Notes: a model not told the origin generated them from the sequence alone. A DNA stretch of 61,218 bases from Candidatus Izemoplasmatales bacterium (GCA_032251215.1 JAVVFA010000001.1:1-61218); one strand, 5' to 3'; counted from the first letter of the stretch, positions 8,356 through 18,830 are shown. Translations and numbers: made by a program.

Positions 8356-10434
8356 ATGAAGGATATATCGACATCAATTAATAAAGTTGATAATGATGAA
8401 AAAACATCTGGTCAAGCTAAGTATGTCGCTGACATAAAACTTGAAGGGATGTTGTATGCTTTTACTGTAAGAGCGAAGATTGTTAAAGGAAAAATATTGA
8501 ATATTGAATATCCTCTTTTACCAGAAGGATATTTTGTCGTTGATTACAGGGACATTCCTGGACAAAATATTGTTAAAGTTATCTTTAATGATATGCCTGT
8601 TTTTACTGAAAAAGAAATTACTTATCTTTATGAACCGATTGCCCTTTTGATTGGACCTGATAAGAATGTTTTAAGTAAATTAATTGAAGCCGTACATATC
8701 GTCTATCAAGAAGATGAACCGCTTTTTGATTGGACCGATAGTGTTGTTCATTATCATTTTGATAAGGGTGAAGGCAAGAGAGCTTTTTCAGGTAAGAAGA
8801 TTATTGAATTTAATTATGAAACTTCTTATCAGGAACAAGCTTATATTGAACCGCAAGGTTTTATCGGTTATATGGATAAAGAGAAGGTTACTCTAATCGG
8901 CTCAATTCAATGTCCTTATTATGTAAAAAAAGCTGTTGTTCAAGCCTTGGGAGAAAGAGAACAAAATGTTAGAATTATTCAAGCAAATGTTGGTGGAGCT
9001 TTTGGCGGGAAAGAAGAATTTCCTTCTTTAATCGGTTGTCAATTAGCTGTGGCTTTAAAGAAGATTAAAAAACCGATTCAATTGATTTATGAACGAGAAG
9101 AAGATATGTTGGTTACGACAAAAAGACATCCTTCGAGAGTTCATTTTAAAGCGGCGATTAAAGATAATAAAATTTATGCTTTAAGCGCAGATGTGGGAAT
9201 TGATGGCGGGGCTAATATCGGACTTAGTGGCGTTGTTTTATCGAGAGCTTTAATTGCTTGTACTGGCGTTTATACAATTGAACATTTGGATATATCTGGA
9301 GATGTGTTTAGAACTAATACTGTCCCAAATGGAGCTTTTAGAGGTTTTGGCGCACCACAAATGTTTTTTGCGATAGAAATGTTCATTGAACACGTAGCCT
9401 TAGAACTTAAAGTTAATCCTTTGGAGTTTAAAAAAGATATTCTCGCAAAACAAGGAGATTATACTTCAACTATGGGGATATTCAGAGATCCGGTTTTAAT
9501 GCCTCTAATGATTAAAAAAGCGATGGAAGTTTCTAATTATCAAGAAAAACGTACAAAGTATGATGCTCTAGATAGTTATAAAGGTATTGGCATGAGTTGG
9601 TTTTTCCATGGTTGTGGTTTCACTGGTTCTGGTGAAAAGAATATCATAAAGGCTAAGGTAAGATTAAAAAAAGTATTTGAAACAGTTGAAATATTGATTG
9701 CGGCAGTTGATATGGGACAAGGTGTTAAAACTACTTTTAGAAAATTAGTTGCGAATATTTTGAATATCGATATCGAACAAGTAATTTTCAATAATCCTGA
9801 TACTGACGCAGTCCCTGACTCTGGACCGACAGTAGCTTCGAGAACAATGATGATTGTTGGTGGTTTAGTCGCAAGAGCAACTGTAGAAGTAAAGAAAAGA
9901 TGGGCGGAAGAAAAGTTCATAGTTGAAAAGGAATACGAACAGCCTTCATATATAAAATATGATGAAGAAAAGTTTAAGGGTGATGCTTATCCAGCTTATT
10001 CTTGGGGCGTTAATGTCGTTGAAGTCGAAGTTGATAAATTTACCTATCAAGTAAAGATTAATAAGAGTTGGTCTTTTTACGATATTGGTAAAGCGATAGA
10101 TGAAAGAATCGTTATCGGTCAAGCTGATGGCGGTTTAGCCCAAGGATTAGCTTATGGTTATTTGGAAGTGATGAATCATAAACAGGGTAAGATTATGCAA
10201 AAGAATATGACAGATTATATTATTCCAACAGCGATGGATATGTGTCCGATGGAAACATATCTTTATGAAAATCCTTATGCTTACGGTCCATATGGAGCTA
10301 AAGGCGTTGGTGAATTATCTTTAATCGGTGGGGCGCCAGCGGTAGCTAAGGCGATTGAACAGGCGATAAAAAGGCGAGTGTTCAAGATTCCGGTTACTCC
10401 GGAATACATAATGGAGTTGATTAAAAATGGCTAA
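8356..10434 (+). CDS. Molybdopterin-binding large subunit, xanthine dehydrogenase family (set 2)
   Basis: ATG 8356 lies 7 nt after AGAGGTGA; the TTG 8350 in the ORF track is too close to the RBS. 692 aa with NVGGAFGGKEE, AFRGFGAPQ and AKGVGELSLIGGAPA. Confidence 0.9.
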   Translation: MKDISTSINKVDNDEKTSGQAKYVADIKLEGMLYAFTVRAKIVKGKILNIEYPLLPEGYFVVDYRDIPGQNIVKVIFNDMPVFTEKEITYLYEPIALLIGPDKNVLSKLIEAVHIVYQEDEPLFDWTDSVVHYHFDKGEGKRAFSGKKIIEFNYETSYQEQAYIEPQGFIGYMDKEKVTLIGSIQCPYYVKKAVVQALGEREQNVRIIQANVGGAFGGKEEFPSLIGCQLAVALKKIKKPIQLIYEREEDMLVTTKRHPSRVHFKAAIKDNKIYALSADVGIDGGANIGLSGVVLSRALIACTGVYTIEHLDISGDVFRTNTVPNGAFRGFGAPQMFFAIEMFIEHVALELKVNPLEFKKDILAKQGDYTSTMGIFRDPVLMPLMIKKAMEVSNYQEKRTKYDALDSYKGIGMSWFFHGCGFTGSGEKNIIKAKVRLKKVFETVEILIAAVDMGQGVKTTFRKLVANILNIDIEQVIFNNPDTDAVPDSGPTVASRTMMIVGGLVARATVEVKKRWAEEKFIVEKEYEQPSYIKYDEEKFKGDAYPAYSWGVNVVEVEVDKFTYQVKINKSWSFYDIGKAIDERIVIGQADGGLAQGLAYGYLEVMNHKQGKIMQKNMTDYIIPTAMDMCPMETYLYENPYAYGPYGAKGVGELSLIGGAPAVAKAIEQAIKRRVFKIPVTPEYIMELIKNG

Positions 10435-10900
10435 AATAAAATTTAAACTTAACAATCAGTTTGTTGAAATGGAAACTGATCCTAACAGAAGGTTATTAGA
10501 CGTCTTAAGGGATGATTTTAATCTGACTGGACCTAAAGAGGGTTGTGGAGAGGGCGAATGTGGTGCTTGTGCTGTTTTAATGAACCATGAAATCGTCAAT
10601 TCTTGTTGCACGCCTTTAGCTAATATTATTGAAAAAGAAATAATAACAATTGAAGGTTTTTCCAAAACGAAAAAATTTGAGGTTATCAAGGATGCTTACG
10701 CAAAAACTGGCGGGGTACAATGTGGATTTTGTACACCAGGGATGATTATTGCGACTGAAAGTTTATTGAATAAAAATCCTCATCCAACCGATTTTGAGAT
10801 TAAAATCGGTCTTTCCGGGAATCTTTGTCGTTGTACTGGTTATAACTTAATAATTGAAGCAGTAAAAGAAGCAGCGAAAGCTGGTGATGGCTTATGGTAG
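10427..10900 (+). CDS. [2Fe-2S] small subunit (set 2)
   Basis: 157 aa. CGEGECGACAV and CGFCTPGM...CRCTGY Cys clusters. ATG overlaps the upstream stop. Confidence 0.9.
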   Translation: MAKIKFKLNNQFVEMETDPNRRLLDVLRDDFNLTGPKEGCGEGECGACAVLMNHEIVNSCCTPLANIIEKEIITIEGFSKTKKFEVIKDAYAKTGGVQCGFCTPGMIIATESLLNKNPHPTDFEIKIGLSGNLCRCTGYNLIIEAVKEAAKAGDGLW

Positions 10901-11736
10901 AAGCATTTATTCCTAAAGATTTGGATGAATGTTTAAGAATTTTAAGTGAGAGAAAAGTTAGAATAGTTGCTGGTGGAACGGATATGTTAATTCAAAACCG
11001 TTCCCATACAGGAATGTCTATCGGTTATAGAAATGATGTCTTATACATCAATAATCTTAATGAACTAAAAAACATTTATGAAGATGATGCTTTTGTTTAT
11101 ATCGGTGCGGCTTTAAGTTTAGAGAAGATTATGCAGAGTGATATAGTTCCAAAATTGTTGAAAGATACTATTTTGGAGATGGCTTCTCCGGCAATTAGAC
11201 ATACTGCGACTTTAGCGGGTAATATTGGTAATGCTTCTCCAGCCGGAGATTCTTTAGTAAGTCTTTATTTAATGGACGCAGAGCTTGAAATTAGATCAAT
11301 TAATAATACGAGAAGAGTTTTTCTCAAGGATTTTATTAAAGGTGTAAGAAAAATCGCTTTAGAAAGTGATGAGTTAATCACTAAAGTTATTATCCCAAAG
11401 CTTGTGTTTGAAAAAGCTTACTTTAAGAAAGTTGGACCGAGACTGAGCGATGCGATTTCAAAATTATCGTTTGCGGGGGCATATCAAACTTATAACAATA
11501 GGATAACCGATATTAGAATAGCTTTTGGAGCTGTTAATATCACCGTCGTTAGAGACAGGGTATTGGAAAAGAAATTGCTTGGGAAAAAAGTAGAAGAGAT
11601 AAAAGAAATGATGGATTTGATTATTTCTTGGTACGATCCATTGATTTTGCCGATTGATGATCAAAGATCAAATAAAGTCTATCGTAAGGAAGTGTCTTTT
11701 AATTTGTTAAGAGAGTTTGTTAGAAATCTGAACTAA
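10894..11736 (+). CDS. FAD-binding medium subunit (CoxM/XdhB-like, set 2)
   Basis: 280 aa with RIVAGGTDML and ATLAGNIGNASPAGD motifs. Start overlaps the Fe-S gene stop. Confidence 0.85.
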   Translation: MVEAFIPKDLDECLRILSERKVRIVAGGTDMLIQNRSHTGMSIGYRNDVLYINNLNELKNIYEDDAFVYIGAALSLEKIMQSDIVPKLLKDTILEMASPAIRHTATLAGNIGNASPAGDSLVSLYLMDAELEIRSINNTRRVFLKDFIKGVRKIALESDELITKVIIPKLVFEKAYFKKVGPRLSDAISKLSFAGAYQTYNNRITDIRIAFGAVNITVVRDRVLEKKLLGKKVEEIKEMMDLIISWYDPLILPIDDQRSNKVYRKEVSFNLLREFVRNLN

Positions 11737-11751
11737 AAAGGAAGTGTTTTC

Positions 11752-13470
11752 TTGGACAAAAAGAAATTACTAGCAGTGGCTAGGGGTGAAGAATTAGCTG
11801 ATTTAGTTATTAAGAATGCTAAGATTATCAATGTTTTTACAAAGGATATTGATAACGGTGATTTAGCTGTCTGTGACGGTTATATCGTTGGAATCGGCGA
11901 TTATCAGGGAAAAGAAGAAATAGACCTTTTAGGTTATTATCTGTCTCCTGGTTTTATTGATGGTCATGTTCATATAGAATCAAGCATGCTTACACCTAAT
12001 AACTATGCTTTAGCCATAATGCCAAGAGGCACAACTGCGGTTGTGGCTGATTGTCATGAGATAGCTAATGTCAAAGGCTTGGATGGTATTGATTTTATGC
12101 TTGAAGCTTCTAAAAATTCACCACTAGATGTTTATATGATGATTCCTTCTTGTGTACCGTCAACTGAATTTGAAACAACTGGTGCTATATTAGAAGCCAA
12201 AGACATTAAAAAATATTTAAAACTAAGTCAAGTTATTGGACTTGGCGAAATGATGGATTACCCAGGAACTATAAATGGAAAACAAGAAGTTTTAGATAAG
12301 CTAGAGACTTTTAAAAAATTAACGATAGATGGACATGCACCTGAAGTTAAAGATAAAGAGTTAAACGCCTATTGCTTAGCGGGAATTAAAACTGATCATG
12401 AATGTACAACTCCTGAAGAATTACTTGATAAGGTTAAAAGAGGGATGTATGTTCATCTTAGAGAGGGTTCACAGACCAAGAATGTAAGAGATTTGTTAAA
12501 GGGATTAGATCCTAAGTTTTATCAAAGAATCATGTTTTGTTCTGATGATTTACATCCAAGGGATATAAGAAGAACTGGTCATATTGACAATAATATAAAT
12601 ATCGCTATTAAAAATGGGATAGAGCCAATTAGCGCGATATCAATGGCTACTATAAATATAGCTGATTGTTATAATTTAAGAGATGTCGGGGCTATTTCTC
12701 CGGGAAGAAAAGCTGATTTTGTTTTGTTTAAAAGTTTAGATAAGATTGATGTTGAAGCTGTATATAAACAAGGTAAACTAGTTGCTGAAAATAAAAAACC
12801 ACTTTTTACTTCTTCAAAAATTGATACCTCAAAAGTTATTGATACAGTTAAATTTGATGAAACAAAAATTGATTTGGAATATAAACTAAATAGTGATTTG
12901 GTTAATGTCATTGGTTTGGTTAAAAATAATGTTACAACTAAAAAATTGATAGAAAAGGTAGTATTAAAAAAAGGAATTTTCTTGACTGAAGAAAATCCAG
13001 TTTTGTTAAAACTTTGTGTGATTGAAAGACATTTTGCCAGTGGGAACATCGGTAAAGCAATCGTTAAAGGTTATGGATTAAAAGCAGGAGCTATTGCGAT
13101 GACTATCGCTCATGATTCACATAACGTTATCTGTATCGGCGATAATGATCTTGATATGTTACTGGCAATAAAACAGATTAAAAATATCGGTGGGGGCATA
13201 GTTGTTGCTTCAAAAGGTAAAGTAAAAGAGTTTTTGCCTTTAGAAGTTGGCGGATTGATGTCTTTAGATAGTTTAGAAGATGTTGAAAGTAAATTAACTT
13301 CGTTAGAAAAATATGCTAGAGGGTTAGGCGTAAGTAAAGACATTGAAGATCCATTCTTACAACTTGCATTTTTGTCTTTAGCAGTTATACCTGACTTAAA
13401 GATAACAGATAAAGGTTTGTTTGACGTCAAAGAATTTAAGATAATACCATTAGAAGCTGGTGATAAATAA
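11752..13470 (+). CDS. ade: Adenine deaminase
   Basis: TTG start about 8 nt after AAAGGAAG; 572 aa. PGFIDGHVHIESSM metal site; length and architecture are typical of Ade. Confidence 0.85.
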   Translation: MDKKKLLAVARGEELADLVIKNAKIINVFTKDIDNGDLAVCDGYIVGIGDYQGKEEIDLLGYYLSPGFIDGHVHIESSMLTPNNYALAIMPRGTTAVVADCHEIANVKGLDGIDFMLEASKNSPLDVYMMIPSCVPSTEFETTGAILEAKDIKKYLKLSQVIGLGEMMDYPGTINGKQEVLDKLETFKKLTIDGHAPEVKDKELNAYCLAGIKTDHECTTPEELLDKVKRGMYVHLREGSQTKNVRDLLKGLDPKFYQRIMFCSDDLHPRDIRRTGHIDNNINIAIKNGIEPISAISMATINIADCYNLRDVGAISPGRKADFVLFKSLDKIDVEAVYKQGKLVAENKKPLFTSSKIDTSKVIDTVKFDETKIDLEYKLNSDLVNVIGLVKNNVTTKKLIEKVVLKKGIFLTEENPVLLKLCVIERHFASGNIGKAIVKGYGLKAGAIAMTIAHDSHNVICIGDNDLDMLLAIKQIKNIGGGIVVASKGKVKEFLPLEVGGLMSLDSLEDVESKLTSLEKYARGLGVSKDIEDPFLQLAFLSLAVIPDLKITDKGLFDVKEFKIIPLEAGDK

Positions 13471-14720
13471 TGAATTATGTTTTAGGCTATCGTTGCACTC
13501 TTTGTGATGAGTTTTTTCCTAACGATAAGGATATGTTTGTTTGTCCACATTGTGGAGATAAAGGAATTTTAGATATTGAATATGATTATTTAAAGATAAA
13601 AAAAGTTTTTAATAAGCATTCTTTGCTAAAGAATCATAATTATTCAATTTGGCGTTATTTACCACTTTTACCAGTCGAAGAAGAGTTTACCAAGAAGACA
13701 TTGAAAGTTGGTTGGACACCGCTATTAAGAAGTAATCATTTAGAGAATAAATATCAATCAAAGGCTTTATATTTTAAAGATGATGGAATGAATCCTACTC
13801 AATCTTTAAAAGATCGGGCAAGTGTTATTGCTTGCGTCAAAGCTTTGGAACTTAATAAAACGATTATTGCTTGTTCTTCAACTGGCAATGCTGCTTCATC
13901 ACTTGCTGGTAATGCAAGTAGGTTAGGTCTTAAAACGGTGATTTTTGTTCCTAAAAGAGCTCCACTTGGAAAACTTGCTCAACTTCTTGCATTCGGAGCT
14001 ACTGTCATAAAAGTTGAGGGTGATTATAAAGCAGCTTACAATCTTTCGAAGGATGCAATTGAGCATTTCAGCTGGTATAACCGCAACGCAGGTATTAATC
14101 CAAACTTAATTGAGGGTAAAAAAACAGTAGTTTTAGAAATAGCAGAACAACTTGATTTTAAACCGACTGATTGGGTTATTGTCTCGGTAGGAGACGGTTG
14201 TACTATTGGTGGGGTTTATAAAGGTTTTTATGATTTGTTTAAGTTAGGAATGATTGCACACATTCCTAAAATCATAGGAGTTCAAAGTGAAGGTTGTTCA
14301 CCATTTTATGATGCTTTTAATGAAGAAAGAGAATTAGTTGAAGTTGAAGAGAACACGATCGCTGACAGTATAGCGGTAGGTATCCCGAGAAATCCTGTTA
14401 AAGGGTTGAAGGCAGTAACTAATAGTAAGGGAACTTATATAGCTGTCAGTGACGATGAAATCATGGAAGCTATGAAAGAATTAGGAAGTTTTGAAGGGAT
14501 TTTTGCGGAACCGGCTGCGGCAGCTAGTTATGCTGGCTATAAAAAAGCCAGAAATTTAAATGTTATTACTTCTTTAGAAACTGTGACAGTGATTATTACT
14601 GGCAACGGTTTAAAAGATACAGCTAATGCTTTAAACTATTTAGAAGAACCAATTCTTCTTGGTGACAATCTTGAAGATTTGAAAAGATATATTATAGACA
14701 AGAAAGAAGGACTTAATTAA
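13470..14720 (+). CDS. Threonine-synthase-like fold-type II PLP enzyme with N-terminal Cys4 zinc ribbon
   Basis: 416 aa. CTLCDEFF...CPHCG ribbon, PLP-Lys motif TQSLKDRAS, and GNAASSLAG. TAATG coupling to ade. Confidence 0.7.
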   Translation: MNYVLGYRCTLCDEFFPNDKDMFVCPHCGDKGILDIEYDYLKIKKVFNKHSLLKNHNYSIWRYLPLLPVEEEFTKKTLKVGWTPLLRSNHLENKYQSKALYFKDDGMNPTQSLKDRASVIACVKALELNKTIIACSSTGNAASSLAGNASRLGLKTVIFVPKRAPLGKLAQLLAFGATVIKVEGDYKAAYNLSKDAIEHFSWYNRNAGINPNLIEGKKTVVLEIAEQLDFKPTDWVIVSVGDGCTIGGVYKGFYDLFKLGMIAHIPKIIGVQSEGCSPFYDAFNEERELVEVEENTIADSIAVGIPRNPVKGLKAVTNSKGTYIAVSDDEIMEAMKELGSFEGIFAEPAAAASYAGYKKARNLNVITSLETVTVIITGNGLKDTANALNYLEEPILLGDNLEDLKRYIIDKKEGLN

Positions 14721-16078
14721 TGAGTAAAATTCCATTTGGACCAACCTATGATGAGATGGCTTATCCATCACATATTGATCTTAAAATTAGAAAAGAAGCA
14801 TTAAAGAACAGAGAAAATGAGTTAGATCCAATTAACTTATTTAATATTAATTGGAAAAATGAAGACGGTGAAGTTCATAAAATCTTATTACCAAAAGCCT
14901 TAACCGGTGTTGAATGCAATATCATTGTTTTATTGGGTAAATATTTCCCTTCAGGATCACATAAAGTAGGTCCCGCATATTCAACCTTAATCGAAGGTTG
15001 CGTTGATCAAACAATTATTCCTGGGAAGCATACGATATTAGGGCCTTCAACTGGTAATTTTGGTATAGGAGTTTCATATATCTGCAATCTAATGAAATTT
15101 GATTCAATTGTTATTATGCCAGATAATATGAGTAAGGAAAGATATCAGAGGATTGAAAGGTATGGAGCGAAGTTAGATCTTACTCCAGGAACAGAATCGG
15201 ATGTTATTCTAACTTTGGAAAGAACTTTTGAACTAAAGAAGAATCCAAAGAATCGTTCCTTGGCACAATTTGAATTACTACCGAATTATCGCTTCCATCG
15301 TTACGTTACAGGCAACGCTTGTGTAGAAGCTGTAAAAGATATAGGAAATGGCCGAATTGCGTGTTTTGCTTCAGCTCCAGGTTCTGCGGGAACCTTGGCA
15401 GCCGGTGATCATATCAAGCATGTTTTCCCCGAAGCTAAAGTAGCTGCTTTGGAACCTTATGAATGTTCTACGTTGATGAATGGCGGTAGAGGCCAACACC
15501 GAATCGAAGGTATTGGTGATAAGATGTGTACCCTGATTCATAATGTTTTAAACACGGATTTTATTGCCCTTATCAAAGATGAAGAATCAGTTCAAGGTTT
15601 AAAATTAATTCATGACGGTACTGATATTTTAGTTGAAAATGGTGTGGATAGAAAAGACGCTTTAGCAATGAGAGAAATGTTTGGGGTTTCTGGCATTTGT
15701 AATATTTTGGGAGCAATCAAGATGGCTAAGTTATTAAAACTTGGTCCTAATGATAATGTTGTAACAATTGCAACTGACGGTTTTGACAGATATGAAACAG
15801 TCTTAGTTGATTTAAACAAGAGATATTTAGAAACTGAAGACTTTGTTTTGAGAAGATGGTTTAGAGATGTTTTTTTGAAAGCAAATACTGATGATATAGC
15901 TGATTATCGTTCAGTGAGTCAAAAAGAAAAATTGTTTAAACAAAAAGAAAAAGATTGGTTGAAGTTCGGTTATTCAAAGGAATATTTAGATTCAATGAAA
16001 GATATGTCTTTTTGGAATAATGAATATCAAAAAATCCATCATTATGATGAATTAATCAAAAAGATGCGTGAGGAATAA
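14720..16078 (+). CDS. Fold-type II PLP-dependent enzyme (TrpB/CysK-like), subfamily not recognised
   Basis: 452 aa. PLP-Lys in [11 protein letters not shown] and glycine loop [15 protein letters not shown] coupling to the upstream PLP gene. Confidence 0.65.
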   Translation: MSKIPFGPTYDEMAYPSHIDLKIRKEALKNRENELDPINLFNINWKNEDGEVHKILLPKALTGVECNIIVLLGKYFPSGSHKVGPAYSTLIEGCVDQTIIPGKHTILGPSTGNFGIGVSYICNLMKFDSIVIMPDNMSKERYQRIERYGAKLDLTPGTESDVILTLERTFELKKNPKNRSLAQFELLPNYRFHRYVTGNACVEAVKDIGNGRIACFASAPGSAGTLAAGDHIKHVFPEAKVAALEPYECSTLMNGGRGQHRIEGIGDKMCTLIHNVLNTDFIALIKDEESVQGLKLIHDGTDILVENGVDRKDALAMREMFGVSGICNILGAIKMAKLLKLGPNDNVVTIATDGFDRYETVLVDLNKRYLETEDFVLRRWFRDVFLKANTDDIADYRSVSQKEKLFKQKEKDWLKFGYSKEYLDSMKDMSFWNNEYQKIHHYDELIKKMREE

Positions 16079-16080
16079 AA

Positions 16081-17289
16081 ATGAAAGTAGATTTTAATAA
16101 GATATTAGAGTTAAGTAAAAAGTACGAAAAAGATATGACTAAGTTCTTAAGAGATATGATAAAGATTCCGTCTGAGAGTGCTGATGAAGAAAAAGTTATT
16201 TTAAGAATCAAAGAAGAGATGGAAAAAGTTGGATTTGATGAAGTTAGAATCGATAAAATGGGTAATATCATCGGTAGAATTGGTCATGGTAAACATTTAA
16301 TCGCGATGGACGCTCATATTGATACTGTTGGTATCGGTGAAATTAAGAATTGGAACTTTGATCCTTACGAAGGTTATGAAGATGATTTAATTATTGGTGG
16401 CAGAGGCGCCTCTGACCAAGAAGGCGGAATGGCTTCTATGGTCTATGCTGGTAAAATTATTAAAGAATTAGGTTTAGATAATGAATATACTTTACTTATC
16501 ACTGGTACAGTACAAGAAGAAGATTGTGACGGATTGTGCTGGCAGTATTTGATTGAAGAAGAAAAGATTATTCCTGAGTTTGTTGTTATAACTGAACCGA
16601 CTAATTTAAATATCTACCGTGGCCATAGAGGAAGAATGGAAATTAGAGTAACAACTTCTGGAATTTCTTGTCATGGTAGTGCTCCCGAAAGAGGCGATAA
16701 TGCTATTTTTAAGATGGCTCCTATCTTGATTGAACTAGAACAGTTAAATAAGAGATTAATGAATAATGATTTTTTAGGCAAAGGCACTTTGACTGTCAGT
16801 GAGATTTTTTATTCTTCACCTTCAAGATGTGCGGTCGCTGATGGGTGTTCAGTATCGATTGATAGAAGATTGACTGATGGTGAAACTTATTTAAATGCCA
16901 TTAAAGAGATTGAAGAATTAGAATCAGTGAAAAAAGCTGGAGCGAAAGTTGAAATGTATGATTATGCTAGACCTTCTTATCGGAATTTGGTGTATCCCAC
17001 AAAATCATATTTTCCAACTTGGGTTTTACCAGCTGAACATGTCGTCTGTAAGGCGAGTGTAAATGCTTATGAACATTTATTTAATAAAAAACCTTTGGTT
17101 GATAAATGGACGTTTTCCACTAATGCAGTTTCGATTATGGGAAGACATAAAATTCCTTGTATTGGCTTTGGCCCAGGCGAGGAAGAACAGGCTCATGCAC
17201 CAAATGAAATCACTTATAAAGAACACCTAGTGAAGGCTTGCGCAATGTACGCAGCAATTCCAAGCGTTTATATAGAAAGTATAAAATAA
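16081..17289 (+). CDS. ygeY: YgeY-family M20 metallopeptidase/deacylase
   Basis: 402 aa. [31 protein letters not shown] and HAPNE motifs. RBS GAGGAA. Adjacent to ygeW. Confidence 0.8.
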   Translation: MKVDFNKILELSKKYEKDMTKFLRDMIKIPSESADEEKVILRIKEEMEKVGFDEVRIDKMGNIIGRIGHGKHLIAMDAHIDTVGIGEIKNWNFDPYEGYEDDLIIGGRGASDQEGGMASMVYAGKIIKELGLDNEYTLLITGTVQEEDCDGLCWQYLIEEEKIIPEFVVITEPTNLNIYRGHRGRMEIRVTTSGISCHGSAPERGDNAIFKMAPILIELEQLNKRLMNNDFLGKGTLTVSEIFYSSPSRCAVADGCSVSIDRRLTDGETYLNAIKEIEELESVKKAGAKVEMYDYARPSYRNLVYPTKSYFPTWVLPAEHVVCKASVNAYEHLFNKKPLVDKWTFSTNAVSIMGRHKIPCIGFGPGEEEQAHAPNEITYKEHLVKACAMYAAIPSVYIESIK

Positions 17290-17303
17290 GGAGGAAAAAA
17301 TTT

Positions 17304-18287
17304 ATGGAACCACTATTTAAAGGCAAACATTTTATTACATTAGAAGAATGGTCTAAAACAGAAATTGATAAATTATTAGAGGTATCAAAAGAATTAAAAA
17401 GACAGTTTTATAATAATGAAGATACAACTTATTTAAAGAATAAAACAGCTTTTTTAATGTTTTTTGAACAAAGTACGAGAACGAGAAACTCAATGGAATC
17501 AGGCCTTGCTCAACTTGGAGGCCACGCTACTTTTTTAGATACTTCTAAAATGCAAATAGCTCATGGCGAAAGTGCTAAGGATACAGCTGTTATTCTTTCT
17601 AGTTATGGACATGGAATAGCATGTCGTAATTGTTTTTGGGGCGTAGGAAATCGGTTCTTAAGAGAAATGGCTGCAAATTCAACTGTTCCGATTATGAATT
17701 TACAATGCGATTTATATCATCCAATGCAAGGACTAGCGGATTTAATGACAATCCAAGAAGTTAAAAAAGAAACTAAAAATGTTAAGATTTCAATTATTTG
17801 GGCCTACGCTACTACTCATAAAAAACCGATTAGCGTACCGTTAACGCAGATATTGTTATTCCCTCGTTATGGCATGGATGTTACTCTAGCTTATCCAGAA
17901 GGATATGATTTACCTGATTGGGCGATTGCCAAAGCAAAGAAGAATGCACTTGAAAACGGTGGTAGTTTTAGAATAACTCATGATATGGCTGAAGCTTACC
18001 GGGGTGCTGATATTGTTATCCCTAAAAACTGGGGTTCATGGGTAACTAACCAAAGTGACGTTGTAGTTGATGATTTGTTGGAAAGTTATAAATCATGGAA
18101 GTGCACAGAAGAGATGATGGCTTTAGCAAGTAAGGACGTGTCTTATATGCATGCTTTGCCAGCTGATAGAGGTAATGAAGTAGAAGACAGTGTAATTGAT
18201 GGTATTCATTCAATTGTTTATCAAGAGGCAGAAAATAGACTTCATACAGCTAAAGCGGTAATGGCAATGACTATGGGTAATAAGTAA
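17304..18287 (+). CDS. ygeW: YgeW-type (knotted) carbamoyltransferase
   Basis: ATG 17304 lies 8 nt after AAGGAGG; the ORF-track start 17238 is inside ygeY. 327 aa with FEQSTRTRNS, HPMQ and HALPADRG. Confidence 0.8.
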   Translation: MEPLFKGKHFITLEEWSKTEIDKLLEVSKELKRQFYNNEDTTYLKNKTAFLMFFEQSTRTRNSMESGLAQLGGHATFLDTSKMQIAHGESAKDTAVILSSYGHGIACRNCFWGVGNRFLREMAANSTVPIMNLQCDLYHPMQGLADLMTIQEVKKETKNVKISIIWAYATTHKKPISVPLTQILLFPRYGMDVTLAYPEGYDLPDWAIAKAKKNALENGGSFRITHDMAEAYRGADIVIPKNWGSWVTNQSDVVVDDLLESYKSWKCTEEMMALASKDVSYMHALPADRGNEVEDSVIDGIHSIVYQEAENRLHTAKAVMAMTMGNK

Positions 18288-18298
18288 TAAAAGAAATC

Positions 18299-18823
18299 AT
18301 GAGGATTTTTATTGCTCTTTTATTCCCTAAATTAGTTAAAGATAAATTATATAGTTATATTGAAAGTTTAAAGGAAAACTATGAAGGTAATTTTACCAAT
18401 TATGATAATTTGCATTTAACGTTATATTATATTGGTGAAATTAATGAGTTACAACTTAAAAAAGTAAGTAATGCTTTAAAGAAGATTAATTATTCTGTCT
18501 TTGAATATGAAATTGATGATTTAAGCTCTTTTAAAAATTCGCCGACTCAAAGATTAGTGCATTTTAAAGTAAAACCTAATTTTAATTTGCAAGTGTTACG
18601 TTTAAAAGTGATTAATGCTTTAAAGTTAGCGGGAATTGAAGTTAACTCGACAGAGTTTACTCCTCACATCACTTTAGGAAGAAAAGTAAAAATGACTATT
18701 GAAGAATTAAGTAAGATTAAAAGTGATGTTTTAACTGTCAAAGCTAATAGAATCAGTATTATGGAATCAAAAAGATTAAACAATGAATTGGTTTATGAAG
18801 AGATAGATTATCATTGGTTTTAA
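18299..18823 (+). CDS. thpR: RNA 2',3'-cyclic phosphodiesterase / 2'-5' RNA ligase (2H phosphoesterase)
   Basis: 174 aa with two HxTx motifs (HLTLYY, HITLGR). Confidence 0.8.
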   Translation: MRIFIALLFPKLVKDKLYSYIESLKENYEGNFTNYDNLHLTLYYIGEINELQLKKVSNALKKINYSVFEYEIDDLSSFKNSPTQRLVHFKVKPNFNLQVLRLKVINALKLAGIEVNSTEFTPHITLGRKVKMTIEELSKIKSDVLTVKANRISIMESKRLNNELVYEEIDYHWF

Positions 18824-18830
18824 TTGAAAG

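Noticed and set aside
419-11736. In-frame TGA (selenocysteine) or split ORFs in the Mo-hydroxylase genes, as might be expected for a selenium-dependent system.
   Set aside because: All hydroxylase subunits are single uninterrupted ORFs. Selenium in this enzyme class is a labile cofactor ligand rather than Sec, so the sequence neither supports nor excludes selenium dependence.
15300-15550. Second, milder GC-rich stretch (about 46% by hand count of four 60-nt lines) inside the TrpB/CysK-like PLP gene.
   Set aside because: It is weaker and largely explained by a Gly/Ala/Pro-rich conserved core ([10 protein letters not shown]...[13 protein letters not shown]). Codon third positions are only modestly shifted. 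It is not called as mosaic, but a GC3 plot should include it.
17238-17303. N-terminal extensions in the ORF track (17238, 20954, 22375, 23795, 24388, 32086, 40109, 43368, 45365, 49528, 57521 on the minus strand, 58969).
   Set aside because: Most extensions run into the preceding gene or cover the Shine-Dalgarno sequence that serves a downstream in-frame ATG. For 43368 the argument is instead that this ATG lies too close to the extended -10 element, and the choice stays tentative. The conserved N-termini begin at the downstream starts I annotated.
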